DNA of 64,000 nt from Verrucomicrobiaceae bacterium (GTDB taxonomy: Bacteria > Verrucomicrobiota > Verrucomicrobiia > Verrucomicrobiales > Akkermansiaceae). The DNA lies in the NCBI GenBank assembly GCA_051252135.1, contig JBPOGH010000002.1:192001-256000 (forward strand), given 5' to 3'. The notes under the pieces are model-generated. The model made no database searches. It was given only the letters and a program-made list of their open reading frames with translations, and had not been told where the DNA came from. Position numbers and translations under genes: made by a program. Positions 1 to 9,899 of this stretch are shown here, piece by piece; position 1 is the stretch's first letter; each line of letters begins with the position of its first letter.

Positions 1-73
1 AGAAGCGTAACGAGGCTTTTCATAACATTAAGTGAAACGGGGAATGGGGAGGTTGTATTCAAGAATGGGGAAA

Positions 74-1282
74 TTATTTATTAAAGGCACTGTAAACCAA
101 TGGTTTAACGGTTGTTTCGAGATTCCAGTTGTAGGGCATGGTTTGTTCCATGGTGACGACTACGAGGTCATGTTGAGGGGAGATCCAGTAGTGGGTGCTG
201 GCGGCGCCGCCCCAGCCGTATTCGCCGATGGGGGCGTGGGGGTCCCAGCGTTCGTCCTTGGCGGTGCGGACGCAGAAGCCGAGGCCGAATCCGGTGCCGT
301 GGCGTTGTTCTTCACCGAAGGAGATGCAGGGGATGTCGAGGGGGAGTTGGTTGGTGCGCATGAGGGTGACGGTGTCTTCCCTGAGGTAGCGGGTGCCATC
401 GAGGGTGCCGCCATTTGCGATCATTTGGAGGAAGCGTGCGTAGTCGGAGATGGTGGAGATGAGCCCGCTGCCACCGCCTTTGAAGGGTGGGTTTTTGAGG
501 GCGGTGAGATTGGCGAGGGGGTGGCCTTTGAGGGTGCCGTTGTCCGGGGAGTAGGTGACGGCGAGCCGTGGGGCGTCTTTGGGTTTGATGTAGAAGGAGG
601 TGTCCTGCATGCCGAGGGGGGTGAGGAGGCGTTCCTGAATGAAGTCCTCGAAGGGTTGTTTGGCGGCGCTGGCGACGACGGCGGCGAGGACATCGGAGCT
701 GAGTCCGTAGACCCAGCGTTCACCGGGTTGGTAGAGGAGGGGGAGGGGGCCGAGGGCTTCGATGGTTTGGGAGAGGGAGGCGTCGGAGTTGCCGACTCCG
801 GCATCGCGGTAGATTTTGCTGAAGTCGCCGGACCAGGAGTTGGCGTATCCGGAGGTGTGGCGGAGGAGGTCGCGGACGGTGGTGTGGCGTCGGGCGGGTT
901 CGGTTTTGTCCTCGCTGAGGAGGACGGCTTGGTTTTTGAGAGCGGGGAGGTGGAGTCCGATGGGGTCATCGAGGGAGAGTTTTCCTTCTTCGCAGAGGAT
1001 GAGGGCGGCGGCGGAGGTGATGCCCTTGGTCATGGAGTAGATGCGGAAGAGGGTGTCTTTTTCGATGGGGAGTTTTTTATCGATGTTCCGGTATCCGAAT
1101 TCCTGTTGATAGACGGTTTTTCCCCGGTGGAGGACGAGGACGGAGCCGCCGGCGAGTTTTTGTTCGGCGATGAGGGCTTCGATGGCGGGGCCGATGGCGT
1201 TGAGCTTATCGGGGTTGAGGGTGGGGCCGGCCTGGCGGGCGTGGGCGGAAAGGGTGAGGGCAAGTATGAGGATCCAGCGCAT
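74..1282 (-). CDS. Serine hydrolase, beta-lactamase class C/esterase family, secreted
   Basis: SxxK (YSMTK), LLRHTSG, PGERWVYG and WGG motifs; signal peptide from MRWILILAL (start moved to 1282). Confidence 0.9.
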   Translation of the reverse strand: MRWILILALTLSAHARQAGPTLNPDKLNAIGPAIEALIAEQKLAGGSVLVLHRGKTVYQQEFGYRNIDKKLPIEKDTLFRIYSMTKGITSAAALILCEEGKLSLDDPIGLHLPALKNQAVLLSEDKTEPARRHTTVRDLLRHTSGYANSWSGDFSKIYRDAGVGNSDASLSQTIEALGPLPLLYQPGERWVYGLSSDVLAAVVASAAKQPFEDFIQERLLTPLGMQDTSFYIKPKDAPRLAVTYSPDNGTLKGHPLANLTALKNPPFKGGGSGLISTISDYARFLQMIANGGTLDGTRYLREDTVTLMRTNQLPLDIPCISFGEEQRHGTGFGLGFCVRTAKDERWDPHAPIGEYGWGGAASTHYWISPQHDLVVVTMEQTMPYNWNLETTVKPLVYSAFNK

Positions 1283-1379
1283 CCCTACTGATGTAGTCCG
1301 TTTTGCGGGCGACACCATTCCAAAATCGTCAGACCTTTCTCACTGACTGCGACGTTAATCCTTTATAAGCTCCGAACCG

Positions 1380-2684
1380 ATGAAACCGATTTTTCTTCTT
1401 CCGCCGGTGGCGGCCCTTGTTGTTGCGGGGGTGTGGATTGGATCGCAGCAGGCTGATCTGACGGCTCTTGAGGAAAAGACGCGGGTGATGAGGGAGCGGA
1501 TTGCGGCTTATGAGTCCCTTCCGGAGGCGTCGGATCGACCGGGAACGGCGGTGGTGGTGGCGAAGAAGAAGGAGCCTTTTATCAATGAGGACGGGAGTCT
1601 GGATTGGGCGTCGATTGGTCGGGAGATGGTGCGCTCGCAGGGGGGAGGGGGGATGCCGCGGAACTTGCGGGCCTTTTTTAAGATTCAGGAGAAGCTTCTG
1701 GCGATGGATGGGGATGAGCTGGCAGCCGAGTTGTTGCGGGTGAGGGGGCTTGAGGTGAGCGCGGAGATTAAGGAGAATCTGGAGAGCATGTTGATCGGGG
1801 TGTTGGCGCAGCGTGACCCGGAGCAGGCGCTGACGTTGTTGGAGGGGAAGTTGGGGGATTCCAACGGGCGTGCGCCGTGGCAGTTGCGGCAGGCGTTTGA
1901 GGCGTGGGCGGCGAAGGATCTGGTGGCGGCTACGGCTTGGCTGGATGCGCGCAAGGAGGCGGGGGCGTTTGAGTCGAAGGCGCTTGATCCGGATCAGGAT
2001 TTGGCGAGGGAGTTTGAGGTGAGGTTATTGGGGGTGATGATCAAGGATGATCCGGCGGGGGTGCGGACGCGGCTGGCGGCGATGCCGGAGGATGAGAAGC
2101 GGAAGTTGCTGATGAATGCGAGCCAGTGGACGCGGGGTGAGGAGGCGATGGAGGAGTATTTGACTTTGGTGCGGGAGAATTTGAGTGACGGGGATCGTTA
2201 TGAGGCGATCGGGGAGGCGTATGGCCGGGTGGTGTATGAGGGGGGGCTGGAAGGGGTGACGGAAAAGCTTGCGGATGCGTCGTTGAGCGCGGAGGAGCGG
2301 GCGGCGGTGATTGAGCATGCGGTGGAGGGGTTTTCCCGGCCGTGGAACCGGAAGGCGGAGGATTTGCGTGAGGTGTATCCGTGGGCGGAGAAGGAGGCAC
2401 CGGAGCAGGTTGCGGAGCTGACGGGTGAGGCGTATGCGCGATTTGCGAGTCACCGGAATACGGATTTTGAGGAGACGTTTCGGGGGGTGCTGGAGGTGGC
2501 GGAGGAGCAGGGGAAGCCGGAGATTCTGGAGCACTTTGCGAACTCGGTGGAGCGATGGGACGGTCGGGCGGAGGGGATGAAGGATGAGGGGCTGCGTGCG
2601 CGGTATGAGGAGTTGATGGCGGGGCGGGAGAACCATGTGCCGGGTTCGCGGGTTGAAACGATTGAGGGAGCTCTTGCGGAGTAA
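1380..2684 (+). CDS. Hypothetical membrane-anchored alpha-helical repeat protein
   Basis: 434-aa ORF with host-like codon use; N-terminal hydrophobic anchor; recurring DP/DL-x-AA-xx-W type helices. Confidence 0.75.
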   Translation: MKPIFLLPPVAALVVAGVWIGSQQADLTALEEKTRVMRERIAAYESLPEASDRPGTAVVVAKKKEPFINEDGSLDWASIGREMVRSQGGGGMPRNLRAFFKIQEKLLAMDGDELAAELLRVRGLEVSAEIKENLESMLIGVLAQRDPEQALTLLEGKLGDSNGRAPWQLRQAFEAWAAKDLVAATAWLDARKEAGAFESKALDPDQDLAREFEVRLLGVMIKDDPAGVRTRLAAMPEDEKRKLLMNASQWTRGEEAMEEYLTLVRENLSDGDRYEAIGEAYGRVVYEGGLEGVTEKLADASLSAEERAAVIEHAVEGFSRPWNRKAEDLREVYPWAEKEAPEQVAELTGEAYARFASHRNTDFEETFRGVLEVAEEQGKPEILEHFANSVERWDGRAEGMKDEGLRARYEELMAGRENHVPGSRVETIEGALAE

Positions 2685-2702
2685 TTTTTAACAACTGATC
2701 TG

Positions 2703-3992
2703 ATGACCTATTCAATGATTATTGCGGCCTTGATCCTGGTGATTGCGGCGTTTTTTGGAATGAAGCGTCAGGAGCGAATCACGACGTTGACGACGGAGTG
2801 GGAGGAGTTGGTGGAGCAGGGAAGGGAGTATGATATTCCGGAGGATCCGGCGGCGGATTATGCGCCGACCCGGGTGGCGACGCGAACCGAGCGGATGGAG
2901 CGTCGTGAGATGGTGGATGATTTTTCAGCGGAGCTGATTGCCTTCATGAAGGAGATGAAGGAGGCGCGAAAAAACGGGAACGGGAATGATCCCGAGGTTC
3001 AGAAGAGGGGGATGGAGTTGATTGCCAGGATGTTGGATTTTTCGTCGGATGAGGTGCGGCTTTTGGTTGGCACGGTGCTGGAGGATCAGTCGCTTGATCA
3101 GGAGACGAAGCGCGAGCTGGTGATGATGTCGATCATGATGCTGAGCGAGAGCCAGCCGGAGACTTCATTGGCGCTGATTCTGGAGACGAAGAAGGATTAT
3201 TTCGAAGATGAGCGGATGGGCGATCATTTCATCGGGATGGCGATTGGGCAGTTGGCGAAGCGTGATCCGTTGGCGGCGCTGGAGTGGATGAATGAGAACA
3301 AGGATGAGATCGGGAAGGTGACGGATCAGATGCGGCGTCAGATTTTGATGTCTGCGGCATCACAGGATATGGGGTCGGCTCTGGGGATGATTGATGATCT
3401 GGAGTTTGATCAGAAGAAGGGGGTGGTGGGCTCGCTGGGTCAGGCGGTGACGAAGGAGAACGTGGGTGATTTTGTGACGGCGATGAGGGGGCTGAAGGAT
3501 CGGGATGAGGCGAGGGCGGGGCTGGGGAATATTGCGGGAAGTGTGTTTGGTAAGGATTTTAAGTTGATGACGACGTGGATGGGTGAGTCGGATTTGACGG
3601 CTGAGGAGCGCAAGGCGGTGTTGTCAGGGGTGAATTATCACAATACCAAGGGGGAGACGGGCAAGTGGCTGACTTACCTGACGACGCAGGAGAAGGGAGC
3701 GGAGAGTCCAGTGGTATCGAGTCTGGTGCAGGATTGGACGCGGAATGATTACCGGGCGGCGGGTGAGTGGGTGAATACGGTGGAGCAGGGACCGGCGCGG
3801 GATCGGGCGGCGCTGGCGTATGCGCAAACGTTAAGCCGGCATGAGCCGGAGGCGGCGGCGGTGTGGGCGGAGACGCTGCCGGCAGGGAAGCAGCGGCAGG
3901 ATTTGATGAAGGATATTCACCGGCAGTTGAGTCAGCGTGATCCGGAGGCGGCTGCGGCGTTTGCGCAGAAGCATGAGTTAGGGAAACACTGA
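2703..3992 (+). CDS. Hypothetical membrane-anchored alpha-helical repeat protein, probable distant paralog of the upstream gene
   Basis: 429 aa; N-terminal TM; repeats RDPLAALEW, DYRAAGEW, HEPEAAAVW, RDPEAAAAF. Confidence 0.75.
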   Translation: MTYSMIIAALILVIAAFFGMKRQERITTLTTEWEELVEQGREYDIPEDPAADYAPTRVATRTERMERREMVDDFSAELIAFMKEMKEARKNGNGNDPEVQKRGMELIARMLDFSSDEVRLLVGTVLEDQSLDQETKRELVMMSIMMLSESQPETSLALILETKKDYFEDERMGDHFIGMAIGQLAKRDPLAALEWMNENKDEIGKVTDQMRRQILMSAASQDMGSALGMIDDLEFDQKKGVVGSLGQAVTKENVGDFVTAMRGLKDRDEARAGLGNIAGSVFGKDFKLMTTWMGESDLTAEERKAVLSGVNYHNTKGETGKWLTYLTTQEKGAESPVVSSLVQDWTRNDYRAAGEWVNTVEQGPARDRAALAYAQTLSRHEPEAAAVWAETLPAGKQRQDLMKDIHRQLSQRDPEAAAAFAQKHELGKH

Positions 3993-4225
3993 TTAAAGAT
4001 GAAGCACGCTGATTTTTTGATGAGGTTTTTCATCAGGGAAGCTTCGCTTCCGAGGTGAGAGGAGCTGCAGCCCTTTTGGAGTCTAGCGGCGTTGCTCAGG
4101 GAGCCGCTGATCATCAGCGTCGCCCTTCGCGCCTTGCCAGACTTCAAAATGACTTGCAGCAGCGAACTCCCTCTTTCATCAGCGCTTCCTTAGGGGATTA
4201 GTTCTCCGTAGTTGAATTGGATTAG

Positions 4226-4255
4226 AACCCCAGTTGAACAGGATGGAGGGGATGG
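4226..4255 (+). repeat. 30-bp extragenic element, copy 1
   Basis: AACCCCAGTTGAACAGGATGGAGGGGATGG, 26/30 identical to 55589-55618. Confidence 0.6.
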
Positions 4256-4333
4256 CTTGGGCGGCGGGAAACCCTCAATCCCAGATGGAGAAATTCCTAC
4301 GCAGCACTCATTCGGCATTTTTCAGACGGCCTT

Positions 4334-5722
4334 TTAGAAATCGAGGTAGATTTCGGTGCGGCGGTTGGCGCGGCGGCCGGTGGGGTTGTCCTCGCCTGAT
4401 TCGGTGAAGTTGGGGAGGCGGGGTTTTGTTTTGCCGGCGGCCTCGGTGATCATTTGGGTCTCGGGGACGTTGACGGAGAGGAGGTATTTTTTGACGGCAT
4501 CCGCGCGTTTTTTGGAGAGGCTGTTGTTGTAGTCATCCGATCCGAGGGCGTCGGTGTGGCCGGAGAGGGTGAGTTTTTTGTCGGGGTCGGTGAGGAGGAG
4601 GGAGGCGACGATATCGAGCTGGCGCTGGGTGCGGGGGGTGAGGGTTTCTTCGTCGAAGCCGAAGTAGAGGATGAGGGTGTCTCCTCCGGAGGGGTTTTTG
4701 ACGAGGGGGGTGAAGTGGACGTCTCCGCCGGCGACGCGGGTGGCGTAGTCTGCGAGGAGTTGGTCGAGATTTACTTCGGTGACGCGCCAGGGTTGGGTTT
4801 CATCGGCCCGTTGGACGACGAGGCCGAACTCGGCTGCGCGCTCTCCGGCTTCATCCTGGACGTTAGCTTTGAAGCCGGCGGAGGTCTCGCGGTTGAACAT
4901 GGCGCGGAGGGGTTTTTCGTCGCGGAGGCGGTATTTGGCTTCTTCGAAGATGATGCAGAGTCCGGCGATCTTGGCGTCGGAGACTTTTTCGGAATCGACG
5001 AAGGATTTGGCGTCGTCGAAATTTTGTTCGAGGGCGGAGGCGAGGAAGGCGTCGGTGATGCCGAGGGCGTCTACGAAGACGACCCGTGAGGGTTTTGCGC
5101 CTTCTTTGACGGCGGGCGGGAGGGTGAGTTTGTCGACGCCCCATTTTCCGGTGTCGCGGCGTGCGAGGTCGAAGTAGATGCGGGAGCCGAAGTCGTCATC
5201 GAGGTTGAGGGCCCAGCGTGCGCGGCGGTTGGCCTCGAGTTCTCCGATCTCGGAGACGGGTCGTGCGGGGTGGAGGCGGAGTTTATCGGCCTCGGCGAGG
5301 GATTGGAGGGCGGCGAGGTGGTTGGCGGTGAGGGCGTCCTTACCGATGAGGGTGGCGGCTTTTTCGATTTCCCCGGCATCGAGGGCGGCTCCGATTTTTT
5401 GGAGGAGGGCTTTTGGGGTGAGTTCGGCGGCGCCGATGCCGACGGCGGTGAGCATTTCCTCGGGGGTGCGGGGCTTCTCGAGGTTGGGAGTATTTTCGGG
5501 GGAGGGGGGATTGCCGAAGGGGTCTTCGGGATCGGGTTCGATGACGGGTTCGGGGGTTTTGTCTTCGACGGTTGTTTCCTGTTCGGAGTTGTCGGCGACG
5601 GGCTCTTTGGGGGGAGAGCATTGGGTGGCGAAGAGGCCGATGGCGATGAGTCCAATGGCGATGACGCCGAGGAAGAAGTAGAGGCCAAAGTTCGAGCGGG
5701 GTTCGTCGATGGAGTAGCTCAT
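4334..5722 (-). CDS. Membrane-anchored protein with C-terminal OmpA-like peptidoglycan-binding domain
   Basis: LYFGFD, GHTD, NNSLSKKRA, GRRANRRTE motifs; N-terminal TM and Pro/Glu-rich linker. Confidence 0.9.
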   Translation of the reverse strand: MSYSIDEPRSNFGLYFFLGVIAIGLIAIGLFATQCSPPKEPVADNSEQETTVEDKTPEPVIEPDPEDPFGNPPSPENTPNLEKPRTPEEMLTAVGIGAAELTPKALLQKIGAALDAGEIEKAATLIGKDALTANHLAALQSLAEADKLRLHPARPVSEIGELEANRRARWALNLDDDFGSRIYFDLARRDTGKWGVDKLTLPPAVKEGAKPSRVVFVDALGITDAFLASALEQNFDDAKSFVDSEKVSDAKIAGLCIIFEEAKYRLRDEKPLRAMFNRETSAGFKANVQDEAGERAAEFGLVVQRADETQPWRVTEVNLDQLLADYATRVAGGDVHFTPLVKNPSGGDTLILYFGFDEETLTPRTQRQLDIVASLLLTDPDKKLTLSGHTDALGSDDYNNSLSKKRADAVKKYLLSVNVPETQMITEAAGKTKPRLPNFTESGEDNPTGRRANRRTEIYLDF

Positions 5723-5760
5723 GGGAGAAGGGATGGGTGGTTGGGGTGGAAGCCGGGTTG

Positions 5761-7272
5761 CTAGTCGGAGGGTGTTCTTGGGACTTGCGGGAGGGTTATT
5801 TGAATCTTAGAGCGGCCTCTGATGACGAGCAAGCTGGTTTGCTGGACGGCAGCAGTAGCTACGAGCTTGAGGTAGAAATCTTCCTGATTTCTGATGCGGG
5901 AGCCGTTGATTTCGAGGAGGAGGTCGTTGGTGCGGATGCCGGCGCGGGCGCCGAAGGTGTCCGGGATGACTTTGGTGACGAGGACGCCGCCGAGGGAGCC
6001 CTGGGGGAGGGCGGGGGTGTTGAGGACTTCGAGCCCGACGGCCTGGATGATGGCCTGATCGGAGGCGAGGCGGCCACCGGTAGGGGCTCCGGAGGGGAGT
6101 CCGAAGGGGTCGGCCTCACGAACGGTGGCCCGGAGGTTGATGTTTTGACCACCGCGCCAGACGCTGATGGTGACTTCCTCGTCGATATTGGTGCGTTGGA
6201 CGCGGCTGATGAGGGATTTGGCGTTGTCGACGCCTTCTCCTTTGAGGGCGGTGACGATATCGTTTGGTTTCAGTCCGGCTTGATCTGCGGGGGAGCCGGG
6301 GGTGACATCCCAGATGAGGACGCCCTGGCCGCGGTAGTCGAAGACGCTGCGGAGGTATTGATTGAGGTCACGGGCCTGGATGCCGAGGAAGCCGTGGACG
6401 GGTCGCCCTTTCTCGAGGATGTGGTTCATGGTGCGGACGACGTCGTTTGAGGGGATGGAGAAGCCGATGCCGCCGAAGCTGGGGTTTTCCTGGTCGGTGG
6501 TGTAGATGGAGGCGTTGATGCCGATGATTTCACCGAGGTGGTTGAGGAGGGGGCCACCGGAGTTTCCGGGGTTGATGGCGGCATCGGTCTGGAACATGTC
6601 GCGCTGGCCGTCGGAGAGGGCGCGGTCGCGAGCGGAGATGCGGCCGGTGGTGACGGATTCGCGAAGGCCGTAGGGATTGCCAACAGCGATCGCGAGTTGG
6701 CCGACTTCGACTTTGTCAGAGTCGGCGAATTTGAGGGGTTTGAATTTTTCGTCGGGTTGTCCTTTGATGCGGAGGACGGCGATGTCGAAGAGGCGGTCGG
6801 AGTCGATGAGGATGGCGGGGAGGTTGCGACCGTCGTGGAGGGTGATGCGGATTTCCTGGTGTCCGTCGATGACGTGGTGGTTGGTGATGACGTGTCCTTC
6901 TTCGGAGATGATGACGCCGGAGCCGAGGCCGGGGGTGATTTGGCTGCGCTCGTAGATGCGTTGGCGCCAGGGGTCGAGGATGCGTTCTTTGCGGAGGATT
7001 TTGGTATCGATGCTGACGACGGAGGGGGTGACCTGTTTGACGAGGGCGATCATTTCGTCATTGGCGCGGATGAGGCCGGGGACCTGGGAGGGGGTGAGGG
7101 CGGCCTCGGTGGCGAGGGTGGCGTTCTCGGGAGAATATTGTTGGGTGTTGTCCTTTTTCCCAAAGCCGAAGATGGGGTGTCCGCCTTGCCACGCTTTGAA
7201 GACGTAGACGCTGATGAAGGCGACGGCAAAGACGAGGCCGAGCACAAAAAATCGCTTTATGGTATCGGTCAT
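5761..7272 (-). CDS. DegP/HtrA-family trypsin-like serine protease with two PDZ domains
   Basis: GSGVI, TNHHVI, DIAVL, QTDAAINPGNSGGPL; PDZ motif SPADQAGL. Confidence 0.93.
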   Translation of the reverse strand: MTDTIKRFFVLGLVFAVAFISVYVFKAWQGGHPIFGFGKKDNTQQYSPENATLATEAALTPSQVPGLIRANDEMIALVKQVTPSVVSIDTKILRKERILDPWRQRIYERSQITPGLGSGVIISEEGHVITNHHVIDGHQEIRITLHDGRNLPAILIDSDRLFDIAVLRIKGQPDEKFKPLKFADSDKVEVGQLAIAVGNPYGLRESVTTGRISARDRALSDGQRDMFQTDAAINPGNSGGPLLNHLGEIIGINASIYTTDQENPSFGGIGFSIPSNDVVRTMNHILEKGRPVHGFLGIQARDLNQYLRSVFDYRGQGVLIWDVTPGSPADQAGLKPNDIVTALKGEGVDNAKSLISRVQRTNIDEEVTISVWRGGQNINLRATVREADPFGLPSGAPTGGRLASDQAIIQAVGLEVLNTPALPQGSLGGVLVTKVIPDTFGARAGIRTNDLLLEINGSRIRNQEDFYLKLVATAAVQQTSLLVIRGRSKIQITLPQVPRTPSD

Positions 7273-7456
7273 GAGTAAGGGTAGGGGAATTGAAAGGCGA
7301 AACAGCGAATTTGAAAGGGCAAACTTGGCTTTCGTGTCCGTTGGGGGAGCGTTATGGGGAGGAGGATTTGTGTTAGAAAGGGGGGGCGTGGGACCAAATT
7401 TCGTCAGTTGAATCGCACCTCAAGACGAATAGCAGCGATTCGTCGTCGTTCGTTAC

Positions 7457-8206
7457 CTAGACCCAATCTTTTGAGTTCAGTCGCGCTGCTATGGCCCTGC
7501 CAAAAGAATCGGGATCTCCAAAAATACTGTATGCGTCTAGGTGCAAGAAACTTAGTAAATCTCGGAGTGCCGGTTTTAAGGCAAATGGGACCTTGAACGT
7601 CCTAAGCGAATCACAGTTGTTAGAACCGAGTATTTCGTTGAGTGGTCTTAGGAACTGCTCGTCATTGAAAGTGGTAATTGTGAAGACGCTTTTTTGACTC
7701 TTGCTTCTCTCGATACCAGAGGGGCATTGGAAGATATGGATTGGCTTTCCTTGTTGGCAGTCTTCTGAATGGGATAGGGTCATCCCTAGTGTTGGGCATA
7801 CTTGACGGAGTGCCTTTGTTGAGTCCAATTGCCACACGAGGCCATCTAATTCATCCTTTTCCCGATCTTCAATTGCGAACCAGAGTGCAATTAGGGGATT
7901 CTGACTCCAGTCGAGAAGTCTTGTAGGCGCAGCGTAATGTTGAGCATATGCTAAGATGTCTAAATCTGTTTGGGAAGATAGGGCAAATTGCTCTCTGAAA
8001 TCGTTTATTATGGAGGATTCTGTTTGCTTTAGGATGTGGTTAGGGATTTTTAGTCGGCATAATTTTGGTGTCAGGTCCCAAGATGCGTCGGCCTGTCCCC
8101 GGTAGACGATAACTGGAAGAGGGCTAACGAGAGCTCGGCGCTGCCTTGCCCAAGACAAAAACCTTGCGAAAAACTGACACTCCGATTCTGGTTCTGTAGA
8201 TGACAT
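7457..8206 (-). CDS. FRG domain-containing protein
   Basis: YRGQ...W.L.P.L and AQHY..PTRLLDWS.NPLIALWFA signature, downstream R..SQ.S.F; visibly AT-richer than its neighbours. Confidence 0.9.
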   Translation of the reverse strand: MSSTEPESECQFFARFLSWARQRRALVSPLPVIVYRGQADASWDLTPKLCRLKIPNHILKQTESSIINDFREQFALSSQTDLDILAYAQHYAAPTRLLDWSQNPLIALWFAIEDREKDELDGLVWQLDSTKALRQVCPTLGMTLSHSEDCQQGKPIHIFQCPSGIERSKSQKSVFTITTFNDEQFLRPLNEILGSNNCDSLRTFKVPFALKPALRDLLSFLHLDAYSIFGDPDSFGRAIAARLNSKDWV

Positions 8207-8369
8207 TGTGTAGCCTTTTAGTGACGTAGTAAACTTCTTCAGTCAAGAAGGCTGGAAGGTTCGTAAAAAGGACCACGCCATAGATTTGGAAGCGTGGTTG
8301 ATAGAGTGTTTACTCAGAGTTAAGAATTTTTTGCAGGAAATGGGAATTGGGTGCGGTATTCCCCGCGTG

Positions 8370-9899
8370 ATGTTGCGAGTAGCTGCGATTTTGTTGTTTT
8401 CGGTATCGGTGATGGCTGGTGATGAGTTGCCGGTGAAGGAGGGGTTGCGTTTGTGGCTGGATGCGAGTGCGGGGGAGACCTTGACGAAGGATGGGAGGGG
8501 ACGGGTGGGTGCGATCCGGAGCCGGGTGGGTGAGGTGAAGGCGGAGGCGGTGAAGGCGGGGCCGACTTTGAAACCCGATGGGTTGGGCGGGAAGGCGGTG
8601 ATGCGGTTTAACGGGCATGAGTCGCTGCGGGTGAAGGGGGTGCTGGAGGGGGTGACGACGGCGTCGGTTTTTATTGTTTTTCAGCGTGGGGCGGAGTTTG
8701 AGGGGAAGAAGGCGTGGCAGAAGTTGATGACGAATGAGAGGGAGAAGGAGGGGGTGTTCTTGCACACGGGCGGGGATTCTCCGGCGTTGGCACCGAAGGT
8801 GTGGCGGGGTGAGTTTGAGGTGGCGGGTCCGGATTTGTTGATTGGGTCGGGCAACGAGGAGGGTTGGGGTGAGTTGTGGGGGGATATTGCGGAGGTGTTG
8901 GTTTATGATCGGGGGTTTTATGTGGCGGAGCCGATTAATGAGATTGTGGGGTATTTGGAGAAGAAGTGGTCGTTTCAGGAGGATCGTAGCAATGATTGGG
9001 CCTTGTATGGGCCGTTGCCGAAGGTGGCGGAGCGGACGTCGGACAAGCTGCCGCTGAGTGATCAGGCGAATGCGGGGAAGTGGGAGACGTTTGAGTTGAT
9101 GTGGGACGAGTTTGAGGGGGAGAAGCTGGATGAGACGAAGTGGTGGGATCACAATCCGAATTGGTATGGGCGTGCGCCGGGGCGTTTTCTACCGCGCGAG
9201 GTGGTGGTGAAGGAGGGGGAGTTGAGGTTGACGATGCGGAAGGATCCGTCGCTTGAGCCGAAGCAGTTTTACAAGGGGGGGGAGATGTATCGGGATTATT
9301 CCTCGGGGACGATCAAGTCGAAGGAGGGGGTGCTGTATGGGTACTTTGAGATTGAGGCGCAGGCGATGGCGAGTGCGGGATCGAGTGCGTGGTGGTTCTC
9401 AGGGACGAGTGATGAGAAGGCGACGAATGGGCGGCACCGGATTGAGATCGATGTGTTTGAGCTGGGAGGAAAGAGCGAGGGGCGGGAGCACACTTACAGT
9501 ATGAATTTGCATGTGTTTGAATCACCTGAGTCGAAGCGTCACTGGAGTCAGGGTGCGGAGTGGGAGGCGCCCTTTGAGTTTGCGAAGGGGTTCCATGTCT
9601 TCGGGTTGGAGTGGACGAAGGAATTCATTCGTTACTACGTGGATGGGGCGTTGGTGCGGAGTGTGAAGAATACGGCGTGGCATGCGCCCCAGCATATGAT
9701 TTTTGATTCGGAGACGATGGGGAGTTGGTTGGGGATGCCGAAGGATGAGGATCTTCCGTCGGTCTTTCGGGTGAAGTGGGTGCGGGCGTGGAAGAATGCG
9801 GAGACGCGGGGGGAGTGGGAGAAGGATTTTGATTTGAAGGGGCCGAAGGGGGATCAGGTGACGGGGGTGACGCGGTATTTGAAAGGGTTGGGGAATTGA
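8370..9899 (+). CDS. GH16 glycoside hydrolase with N-terminal LamG/ConA-like domain
   Basis: Signal peptide; LWLDA...GDIAEVLVYDR..YLEKKW LamG-like module; WDEF, YGYFE, catalytic EIDVFE, FHVFGLEW, YYVDG. Confidence 0.88.
   Translation: MLRVAAILLFSVSVMAGDELPVKEGLRLWLDASAGETLTKDGRGRVGAIRSRVGEVKAEAVKAGPTLKPDGLGGKAVMRFNGHESLRVKGVLEGVTTASVFIVFQRGAEFEGKKAWQKLMTNEREKEGVFLHTGGDSPALAPKVWRGEFEVAGPDLLIGSGNEEGWGELWGDIAEVLVYDRGFYVAEPINEIVGYLEKKWSFQEDRSNDWALYGPLPKVAERTSDKLPLSDQANAGKWETFELMWDEFEGEKLDETKWWDHNPNWYGRAPGRFLPREVVVKEGELRLTMRKDPSLEPKQFYKGGEMYRDYSSGTIKSKEGVLYGYFEIEAQAMASAGSSAWWFSGTSDEKATNGRHRIEIDVFELGGKSEGREHTYSMNLHVFESPESKRHWSQGAEWEAPFEFAKGFHVFGLEWTKEFIRYYVDGALVRSVKNTAWHAPQHMIFDSETMGSWLGMPKDEDLPSVFRVKWVRAWKNAETRGEWEKDFDLKGPKGDQVTGVTRYLKGLGN

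Noticed and set aside
32..1291. Long antisense ORFs rich in G/E/V/D (also 39325-40794, 47856-49070, 60727-62352, 24470-25876, 44140-46095)
   Set aside because: They shadow well-supported genes on the opposite strand; high GC and biased codon use suppress stops; no motifs
7286..7324. Imperfect direct repeat GAATT(T)GAAAGG..AAAC resembling a CRISPR repeat end
   Set aside because: Only two units 3 nt apart, no spacers, no cas genes
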